Of a stretch of 62,507 bases of DNA, positions 10,436-21,038 are shown piece after piece. How positions within the stretch are numbered: the first letter of the stretch is position 1; every line of letters begins with the position of its first letter. The notes below the pieces were generated by a model that saw only the letters and a list, made by a program, of their open reading frames with translations, was not told where the DNA came from and ran no database searches. The translations under genes were made by a program, and so were the position numbers. Where the stretch lies: the NCBI GenBank assembly GCA_040905365.1, contig JBBDRQ010000004.1:1-62507 (forward strand). The letters run 5' to 3'. This DNA comes from Actinomycetota bacterium. GTDB taxonomy: Bacteria > Actinomycetota > CADDZG01 > JAHWKV01.

Positions 10436-10628
10436 GGCTTACGGACCGAGCGGCAGGTGAAGAACCTGAAAACGGTTACGGTGCAACCTACGTGAACTCG
10501 CCAGCCGTCGTTTCACTCGTCTACCTCCCGGGGGCCCGCTGCTCGCCTGGTTCCTACCAACTCTTACCCCACCATCATCACATCAATCGATGGTTATTCA
10601 ATCTCGCACGCGTCGGTGCCTGCTAGGT

Positions 10629-10787
10629 GCCGTGACCACTAACGTTTGCGAGGTTTGGAGCGCGTGAGGTGTTTCCTGGCAAGGCCGCACTGAGCGCCGC
10701 TAGCTTCGCCCTAACGGTGCGAGGGAGAACGCAGAGGGGGCAGCTCACGCCGCCAAACGCCCCGAAGGTTGGTGGTCACGGCACTAG
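10629..10787. repeat. Two diverged copies of the dispersed repeat in opposite orientation
   Basis: 10629-10668 reverse-complements to ctcacgcgctccaaacctcgcaaacgttagtggtcacggc; 10744-10787 reads ctcacgccgccaaacgccccgaaggttggtggtcacggcactag. Confidence 0.7.
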
Positions 10788-10843
10788 CGAACGACTGCCG
10801 GGGAGGTGCGCCGGTCGAGCGTTGTTTCGGCGGCGGATCCGGT

Positions 10844-11641
10844 TCAAGCCCGGTCGGAGAGCTCCTCACCCTCGGGAATGCCCAACTCAGTGCGGAACTG
10901 GTCGTAGCCCTTGGCTTCCAGGTCCTGCGCCAGGTCCTTGCCGCCGGAGCGGACGATCTTGCCGCGTATCAGCACGTGGACGAAGTCGGGTTTGATGTAG
11001 TCGAGGAGGCGCTGGTAATGCGTGATCACCAGCAGGCCCCGCTGCTCGTTGTGTACCTTGAGCACGCCGCGGGAGACCTCTTGCAGTGCGTCAATATCCA
11101 AACCTGTGTCGGTTTCATCGAGCACTGCGAGCTGCGGGTCGAGCACCGCCATCTGGAGCACCTCGGCACGCTTGCGCTCGCCGCCGGAAAAACCGGAGTT
11201 CACGTACCGGTTGATCATCCCGTCCTGGACTTCGAGCAGGTCCATCTTGGTCTGCAGGTACTTGCGAAACTCCAAAGGACCCAGTTGGTTGTCGGAGTGA
11301 ACCGCGTTGTAGGCGGTCCGTAGAAAATTGACGACCGAGACACCCGGAACCTCCGTGGGGTACTGGAAGGCAAGAAAAATCCCCTTGCGGGCTCGCTCGT
11401 CCGGCTCATCATCGGTAAGCTCTTCGCCCTTATAGATGACCCGGCCGCTGGTTATTTCGTATCCGGGGCGCCCCATCAGGGCGCTGGCCAGAGTGGACTT
11501 TCCGCTTCCATTGGGCCCCATAAGGGCGTGGATCTCGCCCGGGAAGATCTTTAGATTGATACCGCGCAGGATCGGCTCGGCGTCCTCGCCTTCGCCAACA
11601 GAAACGTGCAGGTCTTCAATTACCAGGATCGGCTCAGTCAT
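10844..11641 (-). CDS. sufC: Fe-S cluster assembly ATPase
   Basis: HALMGPNGSGKSTL, FLAFQYP, GFSGGERKR, LDETDTGLDID, ITHYQRLL. Confidence 0.96.
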   Translation of the reverse strand: MTEPILVIEDLHVSVGEGEDAEPILRGINLKIFPGEIHALMGPNGSGKSTLASALMGRPGYEITSGRVIYKGEELTDDEPDERARKGIFLAFQYPTEVPGVSVVNFLRTAYNAVHSDNQLGPLEFRKYLQTKMDLLEVQDGMINRYVNSGFSGGERKRAEVLQMAVLDPQLAVLDETDTGLDIDALQEVSRGVLKVHNEQRGLLVITHYQRLLDYIKPDFVHVLIRGKIVRSGGKDLAQDLEAKGYDQFRTELGIPEGEELSDRA

Positions 11642-11963
11642 TGGCACTCCCCATCGGTCCTCTTACGTACACATCCTGCCCATCGACCTTCACTTCATAC
11701 GCTTCGATGGGCTTCGTTGCGGGCAAATTGAGCACCGCTCCGGTACGCATATTGAATTTTGATCCGTGCTGCGGGCACTCGATCTCCTCGCCCTCCAAAA
11801 AGCCGTCGTGCAATGTGACGTACTCGTGCGAGCAGATATCGCTGGTGGCCAGCAGATCTTCACCGGTATTGGCCAGGGCTACCGGCTCCCCGGATACCTC
11901 CACCTCGATAACACCGCCTTCGGGTATGTCGCCAACCGCCGCCACGCGTACCCAGTCGCTCAC
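11634..11963 (-). CDS. Rieske [2Fe-2S] ferredoxin in suf operon
   Basis: CSH...CPQHGSKF Rieske motif. Confidence 0.93.
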   Translation of the reverse strand: MSDWVRVAAVGDIPEGGVIEVEVSGEPVALANTGEDLLATSDICSHEYVTLHDGFLEGEEIECPQHGSKFNMRTGAVLNLPATKPIEAYEVKVDGQDVYVRGPMGSAND

Positions 11964-13243
11964 TGCTGCAGCCTCGCTTCCAAAGCGCTTTTGACCAGGT
12001 CCCGCACGTCCTCACGCACCACCCGGCTCAGGACTTCCTCCAAGAACCCCTTCACGATCAATTGCTTTGCCAGTTCACGATCGATACCTCGGCTCTGCAG
12101 GTAAAAGATTTCGTTCTCGTCGATCTGACCCACCGACGCCGCGTGCGAACACCTTACGTCGTTGTTCTCGATCTCCAGCTCCGGCTTGGAGTCGGCCTTG
12201 GCGTGGTCCGACAAAACCAGGTTCCGGTTGGTCTGGTAGGCATCCGTCTCAGCGCCCTCGGGACGAACATGAATCAGCCCCGAGTAGACGGTGTGGGCGT
12301 TGTTCCGCAGCGCCCCCTTGTAAAGCAAGTCCGACATGCAGTGGGCCGCGTGATGGTCCTGCAGCGTCCTGAAATCGAAATGCTGACCCTCGCCGGCCAG
12401 ATACAAACCCGTCATGCCCATCGTGATCCCCTCGCCGAGCAACGTCGACGTCGTCTCGGTGCGGGAGAACGTCCCCCCCAAGGTGACGACCAGCGACCTG
12501 AGGTTTGTATCGCGCTGAGCCGAGGTGCCCTGCATCTCAAAGTGCCAGGCATTGCGCTCGTACTCCTGCATGGTTACCACGTGAACCCGGCAGTTCTGAC
12601 CCGCAACCACCTCCAGGGCGGCGTCGGACAAAGCGCGTTCATCGAGCTCGGCTGAGCCATAGCGCTGGATGTAGGCCACCTCCGCCCCTTCTTCGGCTAC
12701 TATGAGCGTATGCGGAGCGATAATCGTTCCGGACTTGCCGATCCGGTACCTGGCCTCGATGGGCAGCGCTACCTTGACGCCGCGGGGAACGTAAACGAAC
12801 GTCCCGCCGCAGAACAACGCTCCGTGCAGCGCCGCAAAGATATGGCTGCTGGAGTCGACTTGCGCGAACAGATTGGGGCGCACCAGATCCGGGTGCTCGG
12901 CGATAGCCGTGTGAATGTCCGAGACAATCACTCCGGAGGAGGCGACCTCGGGGGTCACGCTCGCCGGCGCCCAACTGGAACCCTCCTGTACGAAGATGGC
13001 GCTGCGGCCGGTTTCGACGTTGGGAGCAGGCGCCTGCCTGTCCGCACCGGGCGCCGAAGCCGCAAAGGGATCGAGCTTAAACTTCAGCCGGGCGAGGTTG
13101 GTGTAGCGCCACTGCTCTTCCTTCTCGGCGGGTAACTCCAGCTTTTCGAACCAGTCCCAGGACTGCAGCCTACGATCCGTTACCCAACCAGGCTCCGATA
13201 GCGAAGCGCTTAGCCCCTCTACATCCTGCCTGCTAAATCCCAT
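11960..13243 (-). CDS. sufD: Fe-S cluster assembly protein SufD
   Basis: EEQWRYT, SDLLYKGAL, ADSKPELEIENNDVRCSHAASVG, FYLQSRGI. Confidence 0.95.
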   Translation of the reverse strand: MGFSRQDVEGLSASLSEPGWVTDRRLQSWDWFEKLELPAEKEEQWRYTNLARLKFKLDPFAASAPGADRQAPAPNVETGRSAIFVQEGSSWAPASVTPEVASSGVIVSDIHTAIAEHPDLVRPNLFAQVDSSSHIFAALHGALFCGGTFVYVPRGVKVALPIEARYRIGKSGTIIAPHTLIVAEEGAEVAYIQRYGSAELDERALSDAALEVVAGQNCRVHVVTMQEYERNAWHFEMQGTSAQRDTNLRSLVVTLGGTFSRTETTSTLLGEGITMGMTGLYLAGEGQHFDFRTLQDHHAAHCMSDLLYKGALRNNAHTVYSGLIHVRPEGAETDAYQTNRNLVLSDHAKADSKPELEIENNDVRCSHAASVGQIDENEIFYLQSRGIDRELAKQLIVKGFLEEVLSRVVREDVRDLVKSALEARLQQ

Positions 13244-13494
13244 CGATCCCCCGCGTCATTTGAATGCTTCACAGATTCAAGGCTAGCCCACAACGCAACT
13301 GGTGATTGGTTGAAGCCGCGTAGCTAACCGGTGAAGGTTGCTCTACAAATCGCGGTCCGGCAAACCCAGGGGTATACAACGCAGCCTACCTCTTTAGAGG
13401 TCTCGGAGACTTTGGTCTATCCTGCGCACATTCTTGCGCCGTTGTCTGCGCGGCGCGAGCGACCGGATCCGAGAGGTCCTTGCAAGACCGGCTC

Positions 13495-14925
13495 CTAGCC
13501 TATCGACCCCTCCATCTGCAGTTGAATCAGCCTATTGAGCTCAACCGAGTACTCAAGCGGCAACTCCTTGGTGATGGGCTCGATGAAGCCTCTCACGATC
13601 ATGCTCATAGCCTCGGTCTCCTCGATACCGCGGCTCTTCAGGTAGAAGAGCTGCTCGTCGCCCACCTTCGAGACCGTCGCTTCGTGTCCGACCGAACCCG
13701 TTTCCTCTTCAATCTCGTTGTAGGGGTAGGTGTCCGAGCGCGAATCCTCATCAAGGATCAAGGCGTCGCACCGTACGGTGGAGCGAGCGTTGGTGGCTCC
13801 GTCGTCGATACGTACCAAGCCTCGGTAGCCGGCCCGGCCGCCGTCCTTGGAGATGGACTTGGAGACGATGGTCGACTGGGTGTTGGGCGCTATGTGGGTA
13901 ACCTTGGCGCCGGCGTCAAGATGCATATCTGCACCCGCGTAGGCTACCGAGAGAATCTCTGCCTTAGCGCCTTCGCCGGCCAGAATTACCGCCGGGTACT
14001 TCATGGTCACCTTGGAACCCAGGTTGCCGTCGATCCACTCCATCGTGGCGTCTTTGTGGGCAACCGCCCGCTTGGTCACGAGATTGTAGACGTTCTGCGA
14101 CCAGTTCTGGATGGTCGTGTAGCGGCACCGCGCCTTATCCTTGACCACGATCTCCACTACCGCCGAGTGCAGCGAGTCGCTGGCGTAGGTCGGTGCAGAG
14201 CACCCCTCCACATAGTGAACCCAGGACTCGTCCTCACAAATGATCAGGGTCCGCTCGAACTGACCCATGTTTTCCTGATTGATGCGGAAGTACGCCTGCA
14301 GCGGTACTTCCACTGAAACGCCCTTCGGAACCCAAATAAAGGAACCTCCGGACCAAACGGCCGTGTTCAGGGCGGAAAACTTGTTGTCGTTGGCGGGGAT
14401 GATGGTGCCAAAGTACTCCTTCACCAAGTCCGGGTGCTCTCTTAGAGCGGTGTCCATGTCGGTGAAGATGACGCCCATATCCTCCAAATGCTTCTGGGTG
14501 GAGTGGTAAACGACCTCGGACTCGTACTGGGCCGTGACACCACCGAGGTAGTTCTTCTCCGCCTCCGGGATACCCAGTTTGTCCCAGGTTTCCCGGATGT
14601 TGTCCGGCATGTCTTCCCAGCGGCTCACCTTGTTGGTGGGCTTGATGTAGTAAAAAATGCTGTCGAAATCTATACCCGAAAGATCGGCACCCCAGGTCGG
14701 TACGGGACGCCGGTAGAAATATTCGAGCGCCTTGTGCCGGTTGGCCCGCATCCAATCCGGCTCATCCTTCCGGTCCGCAATCATGTCAATCACGTCGTGA
14801 GATAGACCGCGCGAAGGAGTCTCATCGTACGTGTGGACGTCGTGCCACCCGTACTTGTATCCCTGCTGAAGTTTCCTGACCTCTTCGTTCTCAGCGAGAA
14901 CTGGATCGATCTCTTCTATCGCCAT
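13495..14925 (-). CDS. sufB: Fe-S cluster assembly protein SufB
   Basis: [47 protein letters not shown]. Confidence 0.98.
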   Translation of the reverse strand: MAIEEIDPVLAENEEVRKLQQGYKYGWHDVHTYDETPSRGLSHDVIDMIADRKDEPDWMRANRHKALEYFYRRPVPTWGADLSGIDFDSIFYYIKPTNKVSRWEDMPDNIRETWDKLGIPEAEKNYLGGVTAQYESEVVYHSTQKHLEDMGVIFTDMDTALREHPDLVKEYFGTIIPANDNKFSALNTAVWSGGSFIWVPKGVSVEVPLQAYFRINQENMGQFERTLIICEDESWVHYVEGCSAPTYASDSLHSAVVEIVVKDKARCRYTTIQNWSQNVYNLVTKRAVAHKDATMEWIDGNLGSKVTMKYPAVILAGEGAKAEILSVAYAGADMHLDAGAKVTHIAPNTQSTIVSKSISKDGGRAGYRGLVRIDDGATNARSTVRCDALILDEDSRSDTYPYNEIEEETGSVGHEATVSKVGDEQLFYLKSRGIEETEAMSMIVRGFIEPITKELPLEYSVELNRLIQLQMEGSIG

Positions 14926-15174
14926 GATTGATACCCTTTCCGGGTGAAAAACCGCGCTTTGAGCTTCAAATAACTTCGCGCCTAAAGAGAGCAGCGGTCT
15001 CAGCTTAACAGTTTACCTACACCTGCATCCATAGGTAACTTCAAGCTCAAAACCAACGTGTAACACCCATGGTCGACGTCGGTCGCTCGGTCGGTTTTTG
15101 CTGCTGCCAGGGGCGGGTTGTGTAGATGCCCCACAAGGCCAAACTACAACAGATTCACCCTTAGTCAACAGGTG

Positions 15175-16476
15175 TTAGGGAACGAGATCGTCAAGCAGTC
15201 CGCCGTCCCCCGTCGGCGACGGCTCCGGCTCTTCGGTGGGCGACGGCCCCGGGCTGGGCTCCGGCTCTTCGGTAGGCGACGGCTCCGGGCTGGGCTCCGG
15301 CTCTTCGGTAGGCGACGGCTCCGGGCTGGGCGCCGGCTCTTCGGTGGGCGACGGCTCCGGGCTGGGCGCCGGCTCTACATCTACTGATCCAAACCCGTCT
15401 GCCGGGGCAGTCGGCGTGGGCTCCACCTGCTGAATTTCCGATCGATCGGTCGCCAGCACGTAGGCGATGGCCAGCAGCGCCACCACGGCCGCTACCGCGA
15501 TTACAAACTTGTAGTCTCCCAGGCTCGATGCCCGCTCCGGCGCGCCCCGCTCGACCACCTGGGTGGGGTGAGATCCCGTGGGGGCCCCGGCGGCCGCGAG
15601 GGTGGGGTCCGTCCCGGGTCCGCCGGCCGCGATCATCGAACCCGCCGCAGACCTGCCTCCGGCCAGCTCCTCCAGCGCACGGGCCATGGCGCCGGCCGAC
15701 TGGAATCGTTGACTGGGCTCCTTGGCCAGCGCCTTCATCACGACCCCATCCACAGCCTTGGGAATGCCGTCGTCGAACAGAGATGGACGGTCGGGTGTCT
15801 GGGTCTGGAGCCGGTTCATGGCCTCGGGAATGGTCTCGCCGGATAGAGGAGGAATCCCGGTCAACATCTGATAGACGGTGGCGCCCAGCGAGTAAATATC
15901 GGAGCGGCCGTCCAGCTTTTCACCTCTGGCCTGCTCGGGAGAGATGTATGCCACGGTACCGAGCACCGAACCTACCTGGGTGAGCTGGTTGGCGGTCGCC
16001 GCCTTGGCAATCCCAAAGTCCATCACCTTGGCCTGGCCCTTAGGTGTCACCATGATGTTGGCCGGCTTGATATCTCTGTGGGTCACCCCCTTGCGGTGAG
16101 CCTCCTCCAGAGCCCTGGCCACCTGGGCGGCTATAGCGGCTGCTTTGGCGGGCGCTATCGGGCCGTCGTCCGCCAGCATCTGCTGCACCGTCCGGCCCTG
16201 CAGGTACTCCATCACTATGTAGTGCAGGTTGCCGTCCGAGCCGGTGTCGTAGATCGCAACAATATTCGGGTGCGACAGGGAGGCTGCAGACTGGGCCTCC
16301 AACCGGAACCTGGACACGAACTTGGGGTCGGAAGCCAGTTCCTCGGAAAGTACCTTTATCGCCACGGTGCGACCGAGGGACAGGTCCTTGCCTTTGTAAA
16401 CGCGCGCCATCCCTCCCTGCGCGATAAACGACTCGATCTCGAACCGTCCGGCGATCAGTTCTGGATCCTGTGGCAT
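15175..16476 (-). CDS. Membrane Ser/Thr protein kinase (Hanks-type) with Pro/Glu-rich extracellular tail
   Basis: GGMARVY, VAIK, HRDIKPANI, DFGIA, DIYSLG; one TM; no PASTA domains. Confidence 0.95.
   Translation of the reverse strand: MPQDPELIAGRFEIESFIAQGGMARVYKGKDLSLGRTVAIKVLSEELASDPKFVSRFRLEAQSAASLSHPNIVAIYDTGSDGNLHYIVMEYLQGRTVQQMLADDGPIAPAKAAAIAAQVARALEEAHRKGVTHRDIKPANIMVTPKGQAKVMDFGIAKAATANQLTQVGSVLGTVAYISPEQARGEKLDGRSDIYSLGATVYQMLTGIPPLSGETIPEAMNRLQTQTPDRPSLFDDGIPKAVDGVVMKALAKEPSQRFQSAGAMARALEELAGGRSAAGSMIAAGGPGTDPTLAAAGAPTGSHPTQVVERGAPERASSLGDYKFVIAVAAVVALLAIAYVLATDRSEIQQVEPTPTAPADGFGSVDVEPAPSPEPSPTEEPAPSPEPSPTEEPEPSPEPSPTEEPEPSPGPSPTEEPEPSPTGDGGLLDDLVP
15217..15375 (-). repeat. Coding tandem repeat, about 4 x 36 bp (EPxPSPxPSPTE)
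   Basis: Seen directly in DNA and in the kinase C-terminal tail. Confidence 0.9.
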
Positions 16477-16539
16477 AGGTCTGCCCGCTTTTCCCTTTCC
16501 CTCAATCCACTATTTGTCGTTCCCTTATAGCCTTAATCG

Positions 16540-17040
16540 ATGCTCAGGCCAACTCGCATCGAGCCCGGACCGGGCCAAGAATCGGTCTGGGACTACCCCC
16601 GGCCACCGCGGGTAGAACCCGCCACTCGGCTGGTGACAATCCACTTTGCCGGTCAGATCGTGACACGAACCGATCGGGCGCTGCGGGTTTTGGAGACCGC
16701 CGGCGCTCCCACCTACTACGTCCCTGCACAGGACCTCCGCCTGGATCTGTTGAGGCCCTCCGGAGGCCGGGGCAGCTGGTGTGAATGGAAGGGTTCGGCC
16801 GAGTACTTCGATCTGGCTGTCGGGGACAGGGTAAGCAAGAAGGCGGCCTGGACCTACCCCCGGCCCACTCCGGCCTACAGGCAACTGGCCGGTCACTACT
16901 GCTTTTACCCGGCGGCCACCGACGGCTGCTATTTAGACGATGAGCGGGTTCGCCCGCAACCCGGAGGTTTCTACGGAGGCTGGGTAACCGTCGACATAGT
17001 CGGCCCCATCAAGGGGGAACCGGGAACCGGACACTGGTAG
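16540..17040 (+). CDS. DUF427 domain protein
   Basis: ESVWDYPRPP, RVLET, SWCEWKG, QPGGFYGGWVT. Confidence 0.9.
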   Translation: MLRPTRIEPGPGQESVWDYPRPPRVEPATRLVTIHFAGQIVTRTDRALRVLETAGAPTYYVPAQDLRLDLLRPSGGRGSWCEWKGSAEYFDLAVGDRVSKKAAWTYPRPTPAYRQLAGHYCFYPAATDGCYLDDERVRPQPGGFYGGWVTVDIVGPIKGEPGTGHW

Positions 17041-17048
17041 CCGGTCCG

Positions 17049-17336
17049 TTACGGTCTAACGCGAAACGACTCCTCTCCCCGGGGCTCCTCCCAGTCAACC
17101 TCAACGTTGCTGACCTGGGCACGCTCAGGCCCACGCCGGCACCATTCGATCAACCTTCCCACACCGTCGGCGGCACCCTCGAACACCGCCTCCACGCTTC
17201 CGTCCTGGGTGTTACGAACCCAGCCGGCCAAGCCGGCAGAGCGTGCCTTATCCACCGTCTGCTGACGGAAAAAGACGCCCTGAACGCGCCCGGACACCCA
17301 AATGTGGGCGCGCACCGGCTCGGAATCATTCATCAA
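17049..17336 (-). CDS. acyP: Acylphosphatase
   Basis: VSGRVQGVFFR, GWVRN.DGSVE. Confidence 0.95.
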   Translation of the reverse strand: MMNDSEPVRAHIWVSGRVQGVFFRQQTVDKARSAGLAGWVRNTQDGSVEAVFEGAADGVGRLIEWCRRGPERAQVSNVEVDWEEPRGEESFRVRP

Positions 17337-17379
17337 TCGTCCTCCGCAGTAGCATCGGCAACCAAGCTACCCTTTACCC

Positions 17380-17907
17380 ATGCTGTTGCCTATTTGGGTG
17401 GCCGCCAGAGAGCTTGACTGCTGCCAGCCGGAAGCCACGGTCGGCGAAACCTGGCGGATCCCGATGGTGGACCTGCGCTCGGCCGACCCGTGGTGGGCCG
17501 AGGACGCCTCGGAGCCCGTTCCACAAGACGTCATGTCGCTGGGCGTGGTCGAGATGCAGGCCGAGGTGGAATCAACCTCCTTCGGCGGCCAAAGCGCGAT
17601 AGCTTCCGTAGGGCCCGTGCGGATAGTCGTTCCGCAAGGCGCGTCCGAAGGTCTCATCCCCGCGAAGGGCCGTCTGTGGCTGGACGCACACAAGTACTCC
17701 GACGTACGCGGGGCGCCGGGTTTGGAGTTGAGCGGGATCGTTCGGCGCATTAGAGGAATACGGCTGGTCTACGAGCCGGTGACCGTCTACCTAGCAATCC
17801 CCAAACGGCAGGAACCCCCGATCGACCTGAACTCGACAAAGGCGCGGAACGACCCCGAAAAGGACTACGGCTTCGCCGAGCTGCTGATCGACCTGGAGAT
17901 CCAATAA
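17380..17907 (+). CDS. Hypothetical protein
   Basis: 175-aa ORF fills the gap with protein-like composition; family not recognised. Confidence 0.6.
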   Translation: MLLPIWVAARELDCCQPEATVGETWRIPMVDLRSADPWWAEDASEPVPQDVMSLGVVEMQAEVESTSFGGQSAIASVGPVRIVVPQGASEGLIPAKGRLWLDAHKYSDVRGAPGLELSGIVRRIRGIRLVYEPVTVYLAIPKRQEPPIDLNSTKARNDPEKDYGFAELLIDLEIQ

Positions 17908-17989
17908 AGCGGCCGGGCGGCGCGAGTCACGCCGTCAATCGGGCCTCAGGAGCCCTGGGGCCACGGGGCCTCCCCAAGCTGCCGCCACA

Positions 17990-18859
17990 CTACGCGGCCG
18001 CGTCTACCAGTCCGTAACGGCTGCGGATACGGTTGGTCAGGGCTCCGAAGATCAGCAGATCCACCAGAATTCCTATCACCAGGATCACGATCATCGTCGA
18101 CAACAGAGCTTCGGCGTCCCCCGCCACCCGGGCAAACTGCAGCCGTACCCCGATAGGGCGGGGCACGCCTATGTTCGCCAGAAGCTCCGCCGCCATCAGG
18201 CTGCGCCAGGAGAATGCCCAAGCCTGTTTCAAGCCCCCTATGAATGAGGGCAGCGCCGCGGGCAGCACTACGTGGCGATACGAGGACAGACCCCGAGCGC
18301 CCAGCATCTTCCCCGCGCGCAGCAGCACCGGCGGTACATGGTCGACCCCGGTGATGAGGCCGTTGGCCACCGAGGGCGCCGCTCCCAGTACGACCACGAA
18401 CAGGATGGCCCCTTCGCTCAGCGAGAACAGCAGCACCGCCAGGGGAAACCACGCGATCGACGGCATCGTCTGCAGCCCGGTAATCATCGAACCTATGGCT
18501 CTGCGCAGGAACTTGGACTGTGACACAGCCAAGCCGATGGCTCCCCCGATGACCAGGGACAGGCCGTAGCCCGTAAGAGCCCGGCGCAGCGTGACGCGGG
18601 CCGCCCCCAGTATCTCGCCGCTGGCCAGGTCCTCGAACAGCCGGGCGAACACCGCCTGCGGACCGGGCAGAGCGTACTCGGGCCGCCAGCCCGACCACAC
18701 CACCAACTGCCACACCAACAGCGCCGCCGCAATCGCCACCAGAGGCGGCCACGTCTTGGCCCACGCCCGGCGCAGCGAACCGGCGCCGGTCTGTACCGCC
18801 GACTGCAGGGCATCCAGGCCCGCCAGATCCGACTCGAGGTCGCCGGCGTTCTTACCCAT
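17990..18859 (-). CDS. Sulfonate/nitrate/taurine ABC permease (SsuC-like)
   Basis: GLQTMPSIAWFPLA, LPAALP, AFSWRSLMAAEL. Confidence 0.9.
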   Translation of the reverse strand: MGKNAGDLESDLAGLDALQSAVQTGAGSLRRAWAKTWPPLVAIAAALLVWQLVVWSGWRPEYALPGPQAVFARLFEDLASGEILGAARVTLRRALTGYGLSLVIGGAIGLAVSQSKFLRRAIGSMITGLQTMPSIAWFPLAVLLFSLSEGAILFVVVLGAAPSVANGLITGVDHVPPVLLRAGKMLGARGLSSYRHVVLPAALPSFIGGLKQAWAFSWRSLMAAELLANIGVPRPIGVRLQFARVAGDAEALLSTMIVILVIGILVDLLIFGALTNRIRSRYGLVDAAA

Positions 18860-19646
18860 GGCTACGTACCTCCAGCCGAAGACGATCGATAATGGTCCGG
18901 GCCAGCTCCCCCACCTCGGTCGACTCCGTACGCCTGGGGTGGTCGATCTTCACGTCGAACTCCGCCTTGATCCGGCCCGGCCGGCTCGACAACAGCACGA
19001 CCCGGTCGCCCAGCCTCACCGCTTCCCGGACGTTGTGGGTCACGAACACCACGGTCAGACCGGTGTTGCGCCACAGAGCCTCCAGCTCCTCGTGCAACAG
19101 GTCGCGCGTCATCGCATCCAGAGCACCAAAGGGTTCGTCCATCAGCAGGATCTCCGCCTGCTGAGCCAGGGCACGGGCCAAAGCGACCCGCTGCCGCATA
19201 CCGCCGGACAGGTCGTGCGGAAGGCGCTTGCGGAAATCCTGCAGGTGAACCATCTCCAGCAGGGCTTGGAGGGTGTCCTTACGAAGGTGCTTGTGCAGGC
19301 CCCGCAGTTTCAAAGCAAGCTCTATGTTCTTCTCGACGGTCAGCCACGGAAAGAGCGCCCCCTCCTGAAACATCAGGGTCGGTCGGCCGCCGAGCACCTC
19401 GACCGTGCCCGTGGTGGGCTTGTCGAGGCCGGCGATCATGTTGAGCAACGTCGTCTTGCCGCATCCCGAAGCGCCCACCAGGCACAGGAACTCACCCATT
19501 CCCACATCCAGGGATACGTCGTCCAGCGCGCTCACCGCAACCTTGCCGGTCCCGTAGATCTTCGACACATTGGCCAAAGACACCGCCGCACCGGGCCGGT
19601 GGTCGGAGTGCGGGTGCTCGGCTGGCGCCGGTTTGTACTTACTCAC
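18852..19646 (-). CDS. Sulfonate/nitrate/taurine ABC ATPase (SsuB-like)
   Basis: GASGCGKTT, LFPWLTV, LSGGMRQR, MDEPFGALD; GTG start at 19646 overlapping the upstream stop. Confidence 0.92.
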   Translation of the reverse strand: MSKYKPAPAEHPHSDHRPGAAVSLANVSKIYGTGKVAVSALDDVSLDVGMGEFLCLVGASGCGKTTLLNMIAGLDKPTTGTVEVLGGRPTLMFQEGALFPWLTVEKNIELALKLRGLHKHLRKDTLQALLEMVHLQDFRKRLPHDLSGGMRQRVALARALAQQAEILLMDEPFGALDAMTRDLLHEELEALWRNTGLTVVFVTHNVREAVRLGDRVVLLSSRPGRIKAEFDVKIDHPRRTESTEVGELARTIIDRLRLEVRSHG

Positions 19647-20737
19647 GGCACGGCCTTGATGCCAAGCGCCCCGTGGGCAACCCGCCGGGCATTCAGATGT
19701 TCGAGGTCGACCGCGTCCGCCACCTCGATCGGTTCGATGTAACCGAGCGCAGCGGCCTCGCGCGCGGATGCGGCCAGCGACGAGACCATCGGGTCGTCGG
19801 TGAACTCCAGATTTGCCCACGAGGACTCGAGAACTTCGACGGACAACGCGGCGCCGGTCAACCTGTCGATTGCCTCACCGGTGATTTGCAGCGCCTCGTT
19901 CGGGTGGCTGCGGATGAACTCATTGGCCTCAGCGTGCCCCCTGACCAGACCCTCAACCATTTCCGGGTGCTCGGCCAGCAGGCGGGGGTGTACGAGCAAA
20001 AGCGTTGCCGGATACCGGCCGCCGGGCCACAGGTCCTTTTCGTCGACCAGAACCTTGCCATCCGCCTCCAAGACCAGCCGGCTGGCCCAGGGTTCGGGCA
20101 CCCAGGCCCCGGCAACCCCTCCCGACTGAAATGTCTCCAGGGTCTGGGCGTTGTCCTGATACACGATCTCCACGTCGCCCTCACCGCTGGAAGTGGTACG
20201 AATGCCGTTTTCGCCCAGCCAGGTACGCAGCGCTACGTCCTGGGTATTGCCGTACTGCGGCGCGGCCAACCGGTGACCGCGTAGGTCGCCGGCGCCCGAA
20301 ACCCAAGGTTGCACGACGAAATAAACCCCTCCGGCAGTCGCTCCGGAGACTATGCGCACCGCCTCGCCGCCGGATTTCTCGAAAGCATTGATCGCCGGCC
20401 CCGGACCTACATAAGCCGCGTCAAGCGCGCCCGAAAAGAAGGCCTCAACCGCCTGCCCCCCGGCCTTGAACAGCTGCGGCTCCACTCGAGCGTCCCGTCC
20501 CAACTCCCGCTCAAAGATGCCCTTCTCCAGACCCACCAGCGCGGCCGCGTGGGTCAGGTTCGGCATATAGCCTAGCTTCAGTTCCGATTTTCGTTGCGTG
20601 GTCGAGGTGCCGGTACATGCCGCCAGCAGGCCGGCAAGAACCAAGGCCGTTGCCAACCCTGCGATTCTTGCCGGTTGTCCTTTGGCCGGCCGTAAGCGGT
20701 ACCTGATACCCGCCCACCGATTTTCCACTGTTATCAC
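19643..20737 (-). CDS. Aliphatic sulfonate-type ABC substrate-binding lipoprotein (SsuA-like)
   Basis: Lipobox LAAC, LGYMPNLTHA, YVGPGPAIN, GNTQDVALR, WVPEPW; true start may be downstream. Confidence 0.88.
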   Translation of the reverse strand: MITVENRWAGIRYRLRPAKGQPARIAGLATALVLAGLLAACTGTSTTQRKSELKLGYMPNLTHAAALVGLEKGIFERELGRDARVEPQLFKAGGQAVEAFFSGALDAAYVGPGPAINAFEKSGGEAVRIVSGATAGGVYFVVQPWVSGAGDLRGHRLAAPQYGNTQDVALRTWLGENGIRTTSSGEGDVEIVYQDNAQTLETFQSGGVAGAWVPEPWASRLVLEADGKVLVDEKDLWPGGRYPATLLLVHPRLLAEHPEMVEGLVRGHAEANEFIRSHPNEALQITGEAIDRLTGAALSVEVLESSWANLEFTDDPMVSSLAASAREAAALGYIEPIEVADAVDLEHLNARRVAHGALGIKAVP

Positions 20738-20784
20738 GTATGCAACAGTATAATCATGCCTCAGTTAGCAGCGGTCGGACCGCA

Positions 20785-20820
20785 AATAAAAGAGGCCGGC
20801 AATTGCCGGCCTCTTTTATT
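20785..20820. terminator. Intrinsic terminator after the cold-shock gene (symmetrical)
   Basis: Perfect palindrome aataaaagaggccggc-aatt-gccggcctcttttatt. Confidence 0.85.
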
Positions 20821-20840
20821 ACTTAGCGAACTGTAAGTAG

Positions 20841-21038
20841 TTATGCAGGCATAACTGAGTTGGCCTGAAGACCCTTGGGACCCTGGCTGACCTCAAATTC
20901 GACAACCTGTCCCTCGGATAGAGACTTGAAGCCGGAACCGACTATTCCGCTGTGATGTACGAAGACATCCTCGCCATCCTCCGGGGAAATGAAGCCGAAA
21001 CCCTTCTCGTCGCTAAACCACTTAACCGTTCCACGCAT
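20841..21038 (-). CDS. Cold-shock protein (CspA family)
   Basis: [24 protein letters not shown]; GGAGGAG RBS before ATG 21038. Confidence 0.96.
   Translation of the reverse strand: MRGTVKWFSDEKGFGFISPEDGEDVFVHHSGIVGSGFKSLSEGQVVEFEVSQGPKGLQANSVMPA

Noticed and set aside
15217-15375. CRISPR-like 36-bp repeats
   Set aside because: No spacers; an in-frame Pro/Glu-rich coding repeat of the kinase
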